IMG/VR virus record: IMGVR_UViG_3300020477_001105
Coordinates: 1-64,000 of that record
DNA: 64,000 nt
Direction: 5' to 3' (one strand)
Origin: a virus
Shown here: positions 49,525 through 60,541 of the stretch, piece by piece
Layout of the letters: every line of letters begins with the position of its first letter
How positions within the stretch are numbered: the first letter of the stretch is position 1
Program-made: the position numbers and the translations under genes
The notes under the pieces: generated by a model
Told to the model about the DNA's origin: nothing
Database searches by the model: none
The model's input: only the letters and a program-made list of their open reading frames with translations

Positions 49525-49895
49525 TGATTCTTAACTTGTCTATCTATCTCATCCAATACAGATCTAACAACAGTTGGAGATATAATTCTCAATATAGTAC
49601 CAGGTTCAGGATTATGTACCGGGTTAGTTATACCACTTGATATACATATTAACCACCACAAATTAATCGTACCATATTCTAAATAACTTATCTGCGGCCA
49701 AGTCATGTTTCCACGTACATTGACATATGTAACGGCTCCTTCTGGTAAATCTCTAGGTATCTTGATCTTCTTCAGAATATTAAATGCATAATGATCACCT
49801 TCTTTATACATCTTAAAGATCTTCTCATACAAGAACTCATGAAGCTGTGGTAAAGCAGTAATATCGTTTTGCACCTTATCTAGTTCTGTTTTCAT
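49521..49895 (-). CDS. baseplate wedge LysM-like protein (gp53-like)
   Basis: W..ISY..YGT..LWWLI...I.NP..P.G..LRI. Confidence 0.8.
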   Translation of the reverse strand: MKTELDKVQNDITALPQLHEFLYEKIFKMYKEGDHYAFNILKKIKIPRDLPEGAVTYVNVRGNMTWPQISYLEYGTINLWWLICISSGITNPVHNPEPGTILRIISPTVVRSVLDEIDRQVKNQ

Positions 49896-51310
49896 TTTGA
49901 CTTTCTTTGTATGTGATTAGTGTTTTGGTTCCAAGCCGTGGCAGTTGATTTTGTTTGCGGACCTACTGCGGCATCATTAATGAACACTTCGTAGATATCT
50001 GCTCCTTGAGTAATAGCATGGAACATAAGATTTTTAGTTTCCGGTAGCAATGATTTTAAGGTGATATTTACTTCCCATGCTTCAGGTATTTGAGTTTTTA
50101 TGCCACGGATTTTAGGATCAGGAGAACCTTGACTTGATCCTGCTTCCGTAACGTTTACACTTTTACCTTCATGTGATGTACTACCAGTACCATGGCGACG
50201 AACATAATCCGTTCCAGTTGATGGTTTCTTCTTCTCATACGGAGGATCTGTAAACGTCTTGGGATGAAAATTTGATCTATCGTCTACTTGTACAGGTACA
50301 ACCATCTCGCGCTGAGTGCCATGGCTCTTAATTTGTAATCCTGAAATATATGCGTAAGGGAAATAATGTAACCCATCAACCTCTACTTCATATATTACAG
50401 GAGGTTCTAAGAGTATCTTAGACGTCTTATTAGCTAAATTTTGATAAACTAACATGAACACTAATTGCCAGTTTTTTACCACATCCTCCCAAGAATTTGT
50501 ATTATATAAATAAAATGTAAATTTAACGTCAGGTGTTGCTGTTTGATCGTAATGATAAGACTTTGGTAAATCTATATACGCACCTTTAGCTACAGTTTCA
50601 AACTGAGATGTAATCATTTGAGCTAACCCTACTGGTGCATCTTTTAATATTGTACTAAATATACCACCTCCACGAACATCTCCCCATGCTTGACCTACTG
50701 ATTTATATTCATCAACAAAATAAGGCATTATATATTGAAACCCTGTAGGTTGTACACCATATAACCCCCAATAAGGTGTTAACCACGGTACATCATTTTT
50801 TATATTATCTGGAGGGTTTACTGTAATTTCAAAGTTTCCTGCATCTGGACCAAGTACAGTTTTTTTAACTTTTGTTTCTATTTCCTTAATTTTCTCTACA
50901 GCCTTTTCAACTTTTGCCTTATGTTCTTTTAACTTTTCATTAGCCGGGGAAGATCCAGAACCAGCTTGGCCGAATATACCTTCACCTATCGTTAATCCCT
51001 TATCCACTGCGTCTGTACCCATCGTAAGAAGATATCTTAACTGTTGCATTACAGAGTTAAACTCTATCTTATACTCCGACAGTTTGACGCGAGGTACTTC
51101 GTTACGACCTATAGAAGGTGTATGTGTCCATTGATGATCTGTAATAACATTAATTATCTGAGGGTCAAAATTACCCCGACTCGATGCCCGTGATTTTTGA
51201 GGTATGAGCTCAGGAGCCGCAGCGTTGTTCATATTAGGAAGGCTTACCTTGTTAAAGCCTAGGTCCTCCTTATCCATTGTCTTTATCTTAAATAGATGTC
51301 TCTCGTTCAT
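49892..51310 (-). CDS. baseplate-tail tube cap (gp48-like)
   Basis: FTFYLYNT, PPVIYEV, P.AYIS and PEAWEVNITL; tube-fold pattern and position. Confidence 0.55.
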   Translation of the reverse strand: MNERHLFKIKTMDKEDLGFNKVSLPNMNNAAAPELIPQKSRASSRGNFDPQIINVITDHQWTHTPSIGRNEVPRVKLSEYKIEFNSVMQQLRYLLTMGTDAVDKGLTIGEGIFGQAGSGSSPANEKLKEHKAKVEKAVEKIKEIETKVKKTVLGPDAGNFEITVNPPDNIKNDVPWLTPYWGLYGVQPTGFQYIMPYFVDEYKSVGQAWGDVRGGGIFSTILKDAPVGLAQMITSQFETVAKGAYIDLPKSYHYDQTATPDVKFTFYLYNTNSWEDVVKNWQLVFMLVYQNLANKTSKILLEPPVIYEVEVDGLHYFPYAYISGLQIKSHGTQREMVVPVQVDDRSNFHPKTFTDPPYEKKKPSTGTDYVRRHGTGSTSHEGKSVNVTEAGSSQGSPDPKIRGIKTQIPEAWEVNITLKSLLPETKNLMFHAITQGADIYEVFINDAAVGPQTKSTATAWNQNTNHIQRKSK

Positions 51311-53691
51311 ATGTTAAGCTTCCTCGCGCTAGTATTCGGACCAGTACCAGCTGGCATCTGTATCTGTTGGCCGCCCGGGGCTACCATTGCTACTGTACTC
51401 GGCTGTATACTCTCTATTGCTGTTATTAATTTCTCGTTACTTGTTTCAATAACCTCCATTAAAGTCTTACCAGTATTACCTACTAATGCACCTACAATAC
51501 CATCTGTTACTTTCTTGAAATCAGCATCTAATTTAATTGATGCTTGAGGTTGAGGTTTAGCATCCGGGTCTGCAGGTTTTTCAGGTTTAGCTTCTGGTGC
51601 AGGTTTTTCATCTCCAGGTGTTAGGAACGATTTTACTTTCTGCTCTGCTTGTTGTTGGAACATTTTAAGTACATCACCTTTTGCACCATGCCTCCAAGCA
51701 GCGCCTTTGAGTATTAGATTACTTTGAAGTTTCATAGCTTCAGCCGCTGTGTTTTGGCTTTTTATTATTTCATCTAAGTTAACCCCGGCTCCGGTAAGTT
51801 TGGCGACAGCACCCTTATCCTTTTTAATTTGTTCAAGACCGGTATCTATAACTCTATCAAACCCGGGGATAAATTGACCTATCTTTAATATACCCTGGAG
51901 CCAGTTTCCATCTGCGATATCGGTAAACCCGCTTATAACAGTCTTGACAGGCTCTAGCACGTTTTGTATTAGTGGTGACTCTACGAATCCTTTCCAAACA
52001 TCACCAGGTGAAGGGATTTTATCTATACCAAATTCTTTTCCTAAATTCTGAATAGCTTCTACGGGCCCTTTTTCCAAGAGTCTACCGATACTAGGGAATA
52101 ATGCTCCTTCACCTTGACCAAATAACATCTCTACTGGTCGACGTTGGAAATTTTCAATCCAGTTCCCTAAATTTGTACTATAAAACCACTCTCCAAGATC
52201 GAAGCTTAATATATCTTCTTTGAGTGCAGTTTTGAAATCTTTATCAAGCATTGCCATTATACTGTTTACTGTCTCTTCGCTCGCCACTAATCCTAAAGCA
52301 GTCTGCAATGGCTTCTCTTGCATTCCAGTTAGAAATGCTTGTACACTTGTATATAAATTACTACTTGTAATCTTATCCCAGAAACCACCTTCTCCTTTAA
52401 CATTGAGCAATCCACCAGCATCAAAAATGCCTTTATCACTGCTAAGGAAGTTTATTATTCCTTGAGGTAGGATAAATTTCAATTCATTCCAGTCTCCAGA
52501 TTTTCCAAACTCATTAATGTGATCGAAGATAGTTTTATCGCCTTCTCCAGCAAATAGAGATTTAAATCTCTTCTGTAAGCCAACTACTAATTTGTTCAGG
52601 AACCCTCCAAGGTCAATTTCTTTAAATCCGAACAAGTTTACATTTTCTACAACATCAACACCACCACCGGCGTCTATAAATTTCTTAATTGAATCTAAAA
52701 TAGGCTTTAAAGGCTTAATTGCATCACCCATAGCAGTTAGATCAAATTTGCCTGCTGCTTCTAAGAACTGGCCAATATTTTTAAAGAATGTTTTCTCTTT
52801 TAAGCTTGTTATAAATCTATTAATAACACCTAGCAGTCCACCTTCAAGATTAACCTGATCTAACCCAAGTGCTGCTATTGTAGTACCGGGTAAAACCTTC
52901 TTCCAATCAATCTTAACAATTGCATCGCCTAAAATGGGTACAATTTGTTCTATAGCAGATGCTAAAAATGAACCGAATTTATCTTTAATCGCTTTCCATA
53001 AGTCATTAAATCCCTTACCAGCGTCAACTCTTTTTATCCATTCACCGCCAAGCGCACCTGCGGGCATCCTCTCGGTTGTCTTTCCACCTACCCATTTCAA
53101 GAACGTACTAAATCCTGGAATAGCTACAGCCATTCGTGCTATGCCACCTTTAATATTACCTTTAGTGACTTCCAATATACCTGTAAGAAGGTGCTTTAAG
53201 TGGAAGAATGGGAACTTACTCAACAACCCGTCTTTCTCGTTTAAGAGCTTTTTACCAAAATCTACAAAACTAATTTGACCTTCTAATAGCGCTTTCCAAT
53301 CAGCTCCTAATATAGAGCCTATAACTGCACCTGCTGCACCTCCAAAGAATATCATCTTAAACACTTTGCTTAAAAATCCTTCCTTCTGCTGTACCTTTAC
53401 GTTGGGCATTTGCATTTGAGGCATAACCTTAGCAAGATAATCAGCAAAATGAGTTAATGGTCTAACGGAATTTCCTACTGAGTATCCTTGAATTACAACT
53501 TGTTGTACGTTTTTAAACTGACTACGGCTGTTATTTGCTATAGCATTAGGAAGAGCAGCCAATGTCTTATTAACACTATCTAGAGAAGATTTTTGCTGCC
53601 TTGCAACATTAACTAGAGTATTAGTAGACGTAGATAGCCCGTTAAGGGTACCTAGCATTCTATTAAACATTGCAGCGGATTGGTCGGCCAT
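51307..53691 (-). CDS. tape-measure/hub-like protein
   Basis: Long amphipathic, helical, Gly/Phe/Lys-rich sequence between hub chaperone and baseplate genes. Confidence 0.55.
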   Translation of the reverse strand: MADQSAAMFNRMLGTLNGLSTSTNTLVNVARQQKSSLDSVNKTLAALPNAIANNSRSQFKNVQQVVIQGYSVGNSVRPLTHFADYLAKVMPQMQMPNVKVQQKEGFLSKVFKMIFFGGAAGAVIGSILGADWKALLEGQISFVDFGKKLLNEKDGLLSKFPFFHLKHLLTGILEVTKGNIKGGIARMAVAIPGFSTFLKWVGGKTTERMPAGALGGEWIKRVDAGKGFNDLWKAIKDKFGSFLASAIEQIVPILGDAIVKIDWKKVLPGTTIAALGLDQVNLEGGLLGVINRFITSLKEKTFFKNIGQFLEAAGKFDLTAMGDAIKPLKPILDSIKKFIDAGGGVDVVENVNLFGFKEIDLGGFLNKLVVGLQKRFKSLFAGEGDKTIFDHINEFGKSGDWNELKFILPQGIINFLSSDKGIFDAGGLLNVKGEGGFWDKITSSNLYTSVQAFLTGMQEKPLQTALGLVASEETVNSIMAMLDKDFKTALKEDILSFDLGEWFYSTNLGNWIENFQRRPVEMLFGQGEGALFPSIGRLLEKGPVEAIQNLGKEFGIDKIPSPGDVWKGFVESPLIQNVLEPVKTVISGFTDIADGNWLQGILKIGQFIPGFDRVIDTGLEQIKKDKGAVAKLTGAGVNLDEIIKSQNTAAEAMKLQSNLILKGAAWRHGAKGDVLKMFQQQAEQKVKSFLTPGDEKPAPEAKPEKPADPDAKPQPQASIKLDADFKKVTDGIVGALVGNTGKTLMEVIETSNEKLITAIESIQPSTVAMVAPGGQQIQMPAGTGPNTSARKLNI

Positions 53692-53719
53692 AAATACTGT
53701 AAGTATTTATCGGAAACGC

Positions 53720-54583
53720 TTATAACCCGATGAAGAGATTTGCATCTACTGCAAGAATAGCATTTTTACCGGAAGCGTCTTTATAAGTTAAAGGTCCGTC
53801 TCTAAACTTCTTAAGCTTATTGATATAATTAGAAACTCCAGATATTACCCCAGATGGAAGTTTTTGTAAAATTGCAATATTGTCGTCTAATAAGGAGACA
53901 TCAGTGAAATTTAACGTTGTGCTTTTGTCTCCCTTGTTGATCACAATGGACTTAATATATTTGCATATCTCAACAAAGAACACCTCAGATACGACCTTCT
54001 CAATATCTTGAACTACCTTTTCGGCATCTTTTGTCTCGAAGTTGTCTTTATAGACATTTTGAAAATACGTATTCAGAGCATAATCAGTTTCTATGGACGG
54101 GATACCGAGATTAACGTCAATGTTACCTGACTTGTATTCATACGTTTTGCTATAGGTCATAAGACCGTCATCGATGCGGGTCTTTTTGAGTTTATCTACT
54201 ATCTTACCTAGCTCAACTACCACGGTTTTATCGTCATCTATGATGTCAATAGTGTCGTTGGAATATGCACGGAGCTGCAGCATAATAGCATCTCTATCTA
54301 GAGTAGTTAGAGTATAGCCGAGCTTAGCATCATCCTCAGTACAATTGTTAGCTATGATTTGATTGAAATTGTTGACAACTTGTAATCCGGCAGAAACTCC
54401 ATATACATCTTTTTGTGCACCGATCTGAAGCTCCATAATGCCCTTCATCTGCGATACATCTAGTGGTCTAAATTTAATTGTCTTGCCAAGAGTAGGGCAC
54501 CATGCTTCAACTGGATTGTCTGTATAAAACTCTTCAATATCCTGCAGGACATCCATGTAGTTGGTTTGTGCAGTATTACTCAT
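53720..54583 (-). CDS. baseplate hub assembly protein (gp26-like)
   Basis: PTLGKTIKFRPL..LTTLDRDAIMLQLRAYS; TAAATA 6 nt before the ATG at 54583. Confidence 0.7.
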   Translation of the reverse strand: MSNTAQTNYMDVLQDIEEFYTDNPVEAWCPTLGKTIKFRPLDVSQMKGIMELQIGAQKDVYGVSAGLQVVNNFNQIIANNCTEDDAKLGYTLTTLDRDAIMLQLRAYSNDTIDIIDDDKTVVVELGKIVDKLKKTRIDDGLMTYSKTYEYKSGNIDVNLGIPSIETDYALNTYFQNVYKDNFETKDAEKVVQDIEKVVSEVFFVEICKYIKSIVINKGDKSTTLNFTDVSLLDDNIAILQKLPSGVISGVSNYINKLKKFRDGPLTYKDASGKNAILAVDANLFIGL

Positions 54584-54612
54584 CAATGTTATTTACAGAA
54601 AGAACTCGTTTT

Positions 54613-55494
54613 TCAACCTTTCAGGCTGTTGTTAGGGTTTACAGATTGTCCGGATTGTTGTTTCTGTTCTTCTTCTTTCTGCTTTTTAATTTCCTCGTTA
54701 ATAATATTATAATATAACATTAGTTCAGCAGGGGCACAGTTGTTTATACTTTCATGCGTGAAGTTAAAGTGTTTAATTAGCGTGTATTCGGTTTCATAAA
54801 ACTGCTTGAGATCTGTATTGAAGAATAACCTGATTATCTCTGCAATTGATCTATTGATAAAAGATAAGTGCATTTCTTGATCTGATCCTAGCTTAATTAC
54901 AGGTGTCGTTTTTAGTATTTGTTCCTGTTCATATAAAAACTCTAATACACTAGATAATACAAACGAAGGCAACTTATCAATTACCTCTCTCCTCTGATCT
55001 AGAGTTAATTCTCTTGCGTCAATAGCATTACCGTTAAACTCAATAACATCAATACTACTAGTAATCATATCTAACTGATTTTCCGCAGCTAACACTTTAG
55101 GTATTGTTCCTTCAACCTTAATACCATTTTTATCAATATTAAAAGTGTGTGCTACTTTATGCTGTTTAATCTTATCAATGACATCATTAACACTAATTTC
55201 AAATTGCTCTTGCCTGCCTTTGTCGACGATAGTTGTAAATTTAGCAACTGGTGAGACATTGTATGCTCTAATACCTAATAATATTCCTAATTTGTCAATA
55301 CACGAAAGGTTGTCAGTATCAATATCATTAACTGATAGATCCTTAATAAGAGTACTAACGAACATTTCTAGAATATTTGTATCACCGTTAAGAAGTACTT
55401 TAACAAAATTTTTATTTTGCCTGTGAGTGAATTGTTTGAAGTATAGAACGCTATCAGTAGATATTTGTTCTACAGGGTATATAAAGTCACTCAT
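54613..55494 (-). CDS. baseplate hub assembly protein (gp26/gp51-like paralog)
   Basis: LSCIDK..ILL.IRA..V; C-terminal FYETEYTL....F....I....PAE..LY. Confidence 0.6.
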   Translation of the reverse strand: MSDFIYPVEQISTDSVLYFKQFTHRQNKNFVKVLLNGDTNILEMFVSTLIKDLSVNDIDTDNLSCIDKLGILLGIRAYNVSPVAKFTTIVDKGRQEQFEISVNDVIDKIKQHKVAHTFNIDKNGIKVEGTIPKVLAAENQLDMITSSIDVIEFNGNAIDARELTLDQRREVIDKLPSFVLSSVLEFLYEQEQILKTTPVIKLGSDQEMHLSFINRSIAEIIRLFFNTDLKQFYETEYTLIKHFNFTHESINNCAPAELMLYYNIINEEIKKQKEEEQKQQSGQSVNPNNSLKG

Positions 55495-55507
55495 GTATAA
55501 TGACTTA

Positions 55508-56884
55508 TTACAAGCCTAACATATTACGACCAGAATTCATAATACCATTAGCTATTCGACCAGGCATACCTAATAATCCACCACCGCTTCGTTTAGATTT
55601 AGCAGGAAGGGATACCGCATTACCGCCAAACGCTGCATCGTCCCATGCTGCCATTTCTAGTGCATGATTAATGCCTCCCTCAGGTAAAATAGCTTGATAT
55701 CTCGTAAATACAAATTCAACGTCTCTTCTATCTGGGCCACCTTCCGGTGTATACGAGTACCTCTCGTTAGCAACGTTAATAGGGAAACAATCCTTAAAGT
55801 GGAACATTTTTCTTAATACAAATCCACGCACGTTAGCCATCTGACCGGGATCACCTCCACCAGCAGCATGATGAGAAGCTGGATCTACACCCATGCGACC
55901 GAAATTTAACAGGAACATATCTGTCTTAATATCCAAATCAGCGACTGGTCTAGCTACTAACCCATAATGTGATGTTTGAATAACCCACGGACGTATCAAA
56001 AAATCAACAAACGATACATTTGTTTCTAAAAATTCTACGTTTAAAGATCCGAACGGGTTACGCTGTTTCACAACAGGGGCCTTAATAAAGCCTCTATTAG
56101 GAATACCAACAGTTTCAGTACCTAAATTCTCTGGCGGGATACCAACTGTTTGTGCAAATGCACATCCAATATGAGATCTATACATTGGAGGTGTATGTAC
56201 AGTTTCACGTCCCATATCAACACCCCATGATGCATTAATCTCTTCACCCCATCCCTGCATACCATAACTAGTGGTACCAGGAGCTGGAGCGTCATTGCTT
56301 TCTTCATTTACAGAAGTTAGATTATCTTTAATAGCTGGTGGAACGTTAAATACTAGACACCATAGCTGATTTAATGGCAATGAAGATTCCCACTTACTTA
56401 AAACATTAAAAAAGTGGCTTCTAACAGCTACCGGGTTACCTGTTGCATCAAACACATTATTAATGATTTGCTCGCTGTTACCTATTAATTTTTCTAGATT
56501 AGTTTTTAAATCTAACCCGTAAGCATTTTTTGTGATAGGTTTATTAGTGGCGGTGTAATCTGTAGCAGGCTTCGCTGCAGCGGGTGGAGCAACCGGAGCA
56601 GTAGGGTTCGGTGTTCCCTCTAATCCTTCACTGCCTACCCTGTTCCCTGCAGCATTTAATTTTGCAAGATTCTCACGAGATACGGGTCGAGCTTGAACAC
56701 CGGGGTCAGTAAGAGCTTTTCCGCTCTGTGGATCTATATACCCCATCTGAGACGCGTTATTATCAGGAAGGTCACTAACATCCTGTTGCGGGGTTCCCAT
56801 TCTCTGAACACGCCTTTGGTTATTGACCCGTGCACGAGCTATTTGAGCCTGTTGATAGTTCGGAGGTGGTTGTGGTGCCGCCAT
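55508..56884 (-). CDS. tail tube-like baseplate protein (gp54-like) with Pro/Ala-rich N-terminal extension
   Basis: LNVEFLET, F.DCFPINV and VEFVF tube-fold motifs. Confidence 0.6.
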   Translation of the reverse strand: MAAPQPPPNYQQAQIARARVNNQRRVQRMGTPQQDVSDLPDNNASQMGYIDPQSGKALTDPGVQARPVSRENLAKLNAAGNRVGSEGLEGTPNPTAPVAPPAAAKPATDYTATNKPITKNAYGLDLKTNLEKLIGNSEQIINNVFDATGNPVAVRSHFFNVLSKWESSLPLNQLWCLVFNVPPAIKDNLTSVNEESNDAPAPGTTSYGMQGWGEEINASWGVDMGRETVHTPPMYRSHIGCAFAQTVGIPPENLGTETVGIPNRGFIKAPVVKQRNPFGSLNVEFLETNVSFVDFLIRPWVIQTSHYGLVARPVADLDIKTDMFLLNFGRMGVDPASHHAAGGGDPGQMANVRGFVLRKMFHFKDCFPINVANERYSYTPEGGPDRRDVEFVFTRYQAILPEGGINHALEMAAWDDAAFGGNAVSLPAKSKRSGGGLLGMPGRIANGIMNSGRNMLGL

Positions 56885-56943
56885 ATAAAATATTTATCCC
56901 GCAACGGTCAGTTACGGGATAACTAATGTGATGTTAATCGGAA

Positions 56944-57489
56944 TTAAACTGGTAGAATATTACGTCTCCAGTATTGATATGCTAATGTTGCTTGGAATTC
57001 AACAACTTCACCGTTACCGGTAGTGTTATAAACCAGCTCACCAACAGTAATCGGCCAAACACCGACTAATTGGTAAACTCTAACAACATCTAAGTTAGCA
57101 TTTAATTGTGCAAGAGAAACTGTAGAATTAGCATACAACCTATAAGCACCAGTACTTGTCTCATCATCAAAGATTGAACGAGACCAATTTTCAAAGACGG
57201 TTCTAATTGCATTGTCACCATCAGCTCTAAATGTAATCTGATAACCAGTGGCATCAGGGTACTCAACGGAGCCAGGAAGGTTAAACTGCAAGCCCATGAA
57301 AGGGGTGGGTACATTCTGAATGCCACGGGCAGGAAGGTTGGCGGCAGTAGCGTAGACTAAGTCGTCTTGTGTTAATACCGGTGCACCTCTATCAGAGACG
57401 TCAAGCACTCTGAACTGGAAATCGCGTGCGAAATCGCGTTCTTGTGCAACTCGATAGAAATCTTGAATTCCTTGTTGTATGTTTGGCAT
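56944..57489 (-). CDS. tail tube protein (gp19-like)
   Basis: ANLP.R, F.G...LPG, FENW, YQLVGVWP..VGEL.Y and EFQATLAYQYW; follows the sheath gene. Confidence 0.9.
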   Translation of the reverse strand: MPNIQQGIQDFYRVAQERDFARDFQFRVLDVSDRGAPVLTQDDLVYATAANLPARGIQNVPTPFMGLQFNLPGSVEYPDATGYQITFRADGDNAIRTVFENWSRSIFDDETSTGAYRLYANSTVSLAQLNANLDVVRVYQLVGVWPITVGELVYNTTGNGEVVEFQATLAYQYWRRNILPV

Positions 57490-57509
57490 ATCTTGTAATT
57501 ATTTAGTCG

Positions 57510-59894
57510 TTAAGCTATTAATTCGTTAAAGTCCTGACCAGTTCTTGTTGCGTAGAAGTTAACCAGGATAAACTCAGCAGCACGTACCGGTTTAATGTAG
57601 ATGTCAACTACTAACTCGTTCTGATCAATAACGTCAGGTGTGTTGTTTCTTTCATCACAAATGATGAGGTAGTCATACATACCTTGTGTGTTTTTAACTC
57701 TATCAAAGATAGGTGTTAAATTATTCAGTACCTGTGTTCTTGTTAGTACTGTGTTTGGCTCGAATACGTAGAACTTCATCGTTTGTCTTACGAGCTTCTC
57801 GAGGTACAAGAACAACCTTCTTACATTAACTCTATCGAATGCGCTCGGCTTCTTGAACATGGTCTTCTGACCCCAAATTACGAAACCTTCATTCGGGAAT
57901 TGATGTACTGGGTTAATACTGATTCTATATAACTGATCTCTGTGCTTCTGCGCAGGAATTACTGCGAGATCATTTACACCACCAAATCTACCACGGGTAA
58001 ATCCAGCAGGAGCCCACCATGGGTCATATGTGTTATCAGTATTAGCAAATGTTGCTGCTGCTACACCGGAGAACGGTGCCCAGATTTGAGTATCAGATGT
58101 TCCATCATATACTCTAGCCCAGTTACCATATACAGTTGCGAAACTAGTATTAATCGAACCATATACGTGCCTCAACGGCCAATATACAGCTTGTGTAAAT
58201 ACTCTGGTCTTATCATTAAGAACCTTATCGTTTCTACCTTGTACAAAGATCCATCTCGGTGTATCAGCAATAAAGATGTGATCTTTTCTCTTGAATTCAG
58301 CAAAATTCTGGAATTCATTAAATACTGCTCTGTAATTCTGCTGCAGGTTATAACCTTCACCATGTAAGCTAGCATCAGAATTTACACCCTCGCTTAACTT
58401 ATATAAACCAGTAGAATTACTGTAATCACCCATATCAAATCTCAGGGTATCATCAAATGTCTCTAATCCAGTACCGGATAATTGCTGATACTCAGAACCA
58501 GCATAAACCGTACCTAAACCAGCTTCAACAGAAACATCAATCTGCTGTGCATCAACATTTAACAGGTTATCCATTACACGTCTAACCTTGGTCGGTACAG
58601 AACCAACAATCTTATTAACAGGATTAGCAGGCTGATATAAACCTAATGGTAGCAACGCATCCGTCATAGCTAAGCCAGTAGAGGCGTGATGTAAGCTTGT
58701 TAATACGTTTCTAGGTACACCAAAGTTACCAGAAAGTGATACGCTTGCAGAATCCGTAAGAGCTCTTTGAGATAAGAACCTTACCATCTTATTAGGTTCA
58801 TTATTGGCACTATTTGCCCATGTACCAGTATTAAGACTGATATTGGGGTTAATAATTACTTCAAGGTTAGGTGAACCGTCTTCAATATCACCTAAGAAGA
58901 ACGTCTTAGGTGTACCACCGTTTTGATTCTGTAGCTTGCGATACCCGTCAAGAGATCCCATATAAGACTCAGCTAATACATTATCTAATTTTAACGTATC
59001 AGTTGAGAACACTGATGTTCTCATCTTGAACAACCCTAAGATTGCGGTATCCTTAAATTCGTCACTAGAAACGTCAAATGTTGGTAGATTCTCAAGTTTC
59101 TCAGAAACATTACCATTACTATCTGTTGCAGTACCAGAGAGTGAGAAGTTTCTTCTCTCTGCAGGAACAACTAATGGGTTACCTACTAAGTTTTGACCGT
59201 TGCTGCTAGCATTAACACTATAGAAGTTGTTAACACTGTCAAAATCAGTCGCAGGATTCATCTGCGAGTTGTCAGTTAATGTGATGTAATAACCTTCATA
59301 CTTATCATTAATAGTAGTTTTAGCTTTATTAGTGATAATCATGCCAGCTTTACCCCAAGTATTGTGATCATTGGAGAAGCTCTCACTCGGTTTTACATGG
59401 TTAGTCCAACTAAACTGTCTTCTGTTTACTAAATCGTATTGCTCTTTACTCAGCTCAACTAAGGTTGGTCGACCAAATACATATCCAGTACCACCTGTAT
59501 CACCCACACCCGATAACGATGCACCAGCTGAATGTACGGTTGTAGGTAGTGCCTGCTCACCATTATAAGGGTAGCAAGGGAAGAATAACGCGGAATAGCT
59601 ATCACCAAAGCCCAATCCAGCTGCTGACCCGTATGGCAAGCGGGTCGTTAGCACATTTGCGTCGCTGTTAAATATACTCTTTACTGTGTGATAGAAATAT
59701 CTTTCTGCTGCATTGGTAGGTTTCCCGTATACTGTCTCAAATTCAGAGAAGCTGGCGACCTCCAGTAACTCGTCTGTTGGCCCTTGAGCTGCGAAGCCGG
59801 GTACCATGATATGAGTGCCGATAGGAAGCACAGGACGCAGAGATAAATCAATCTCATTAATTTCTACACCTGGTGATTGTATTGTACGTGCCAT
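57510..59894 (-). CDS. tail sheath protein (gp18-like)
   Basis: SPGVEINEIDLS, PWWAPAGFTRG, WGQKT, FDRVNVRRLF, FEPN and CDERNNTP. Confidence 0.96.
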   Translation of the reverse strand: MARTIQSPGVEINEIDLSLRPVLPIGTHIMVPGFAAQGPTDELLEVASFSEFETVYGKPTNAAERYFYHTVKSIFNSDANVLTTRLPYGSAAGLGFGDSYSALFFPCYPYNGEQALPTTVHSAGASLSGVGDTGGTGYVFGRPTLVELSKEQYDLVNRRQFSWTNHVKPSESFSNDHNTWGKAGMIITNKAKTTINDKYEGYYITLTDNSQMNPATDFDSVNNFYSVNASSNGQNLVGNPLVVPAERRNFSLSGTATDSNGNVSEKLENLPTFDVSSDEFKDTAILGLFKMRTSVFSTDTLKLDNVLAESYMGSLDGYRKLQNQNGGTPKTFFLGDIEDGSPNLEVIINPNISLNTGTWANSANNEPNKMVRFLSQRALTDSASVSLSGNFGVPRNVLTSLHHASTGLAMTDALLPLGLYQPANPVNKIVGSVPTKVRRVMDNLLNVDAQQIDVSVEAGLGTVYAGSEYQQLSGTGLETFDDTLRFDMGDYSNSTGLYKLSEGVNSDASLHGEGYNLQQNYRAVFNEFQNFAEFKRKDHIFIADTPRWIFVQGRNDKVLNDKTRVFTQAVYWPLRHVYGSINTSFATVYGNWARVYDGTSDTQIWAPFSGVAAATFANTDNTYDPWWAPAGFTRGRFGGVNDLAVIPAQKHRDQLYRISINPVHQFPNEGFVIWGQKTMFKKPSAFDRVNVRRLFLYLEKLVRQTMKFYVFEPNTVLTRTQVLNNLTPIFDRVKNTQGMYDYLIICDERNNTPDVIDQNELVVDIYIKPVRAAEFILVNFYATRTGQDFNELIA

Positions 59895-59951
59895 ATAAAA
59901 TATTTATTCGTTTCGGAATTATTTTATTCTGGTTGAACCTAAAATTGTCGA

Positions 59952-60539
59952 CTAAAGTAAGTTAACATGTAGCTGAGAGAACGAGAATGTTAGGGTACTT
60001 TCAGCTTCTTGAGGATCTCTGTAATTGTACATTATTTCACCTAATCCGATGGGAAACGCTTTTGTGTAAGTAAACTCGACCACGTTTTTATTGTACTCAT
60101 TCATACCAAACACGGTAAAGTTGGTTTGATAGTCATCTAGCAGCATTCTAGGCTCCCTTTCACCTTGGGCATCATATATAGAGAGCTTGTCGTCGTTTAG
60201 TACATCTAGCCATCTCCATATATGCCAGTAGTTGTTAAATTGATTGTCGATGGTAAAGTTTACTGTAACGTCATCGTACTTAGATCTAGAGTGAGTGGAT
60301 ACGTTTAAGTGTTGACCTGCATACGGTAGATCGTTAGGTAATATAGTTACAGCTGGTACTACAACACCATATACGGAAAATTGTAGTGTATCAGGCATCG
60401 TTCTAGCATCGCTATGGTTATGTGTTGCTCGTTCTACTTTTGATACCGTATTCTTCAAAGCAGCAGGGACAGATAAAGATAGTAAAAATTTATCTAACCG
60501 GGCTTTGTTTAGTACTGACTGTTTTGCTTTATCTGCCAT
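59952..60539 (-). CDS. tail completion / tube terminator protein (gp3-like)
   Basis: YDDVTVNFTIDNQFNNYW.IW.W and F..AFP..LG.I.Y. Confidence 0.75.
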   Translation of the reverse strand: MADKAKQSVLNKARLDKFLLSLSVPAALKNTVSKVERATHNHSDARTMPDTLQFSVYGVVVPAVTILPNDLPYAGQHLNVSTHSRSKYDDVTVNFTIDNQFNNYWHIWRWLDVLNDDKLSIYDAQGEREPRMLLDDYQTNFTVFGMNEYNKNVVEFTYTKAFPIGLGEIMYNYRDPQEAESTLTFSFSQLHVNLL

Positions 60540-60541
60540 TA

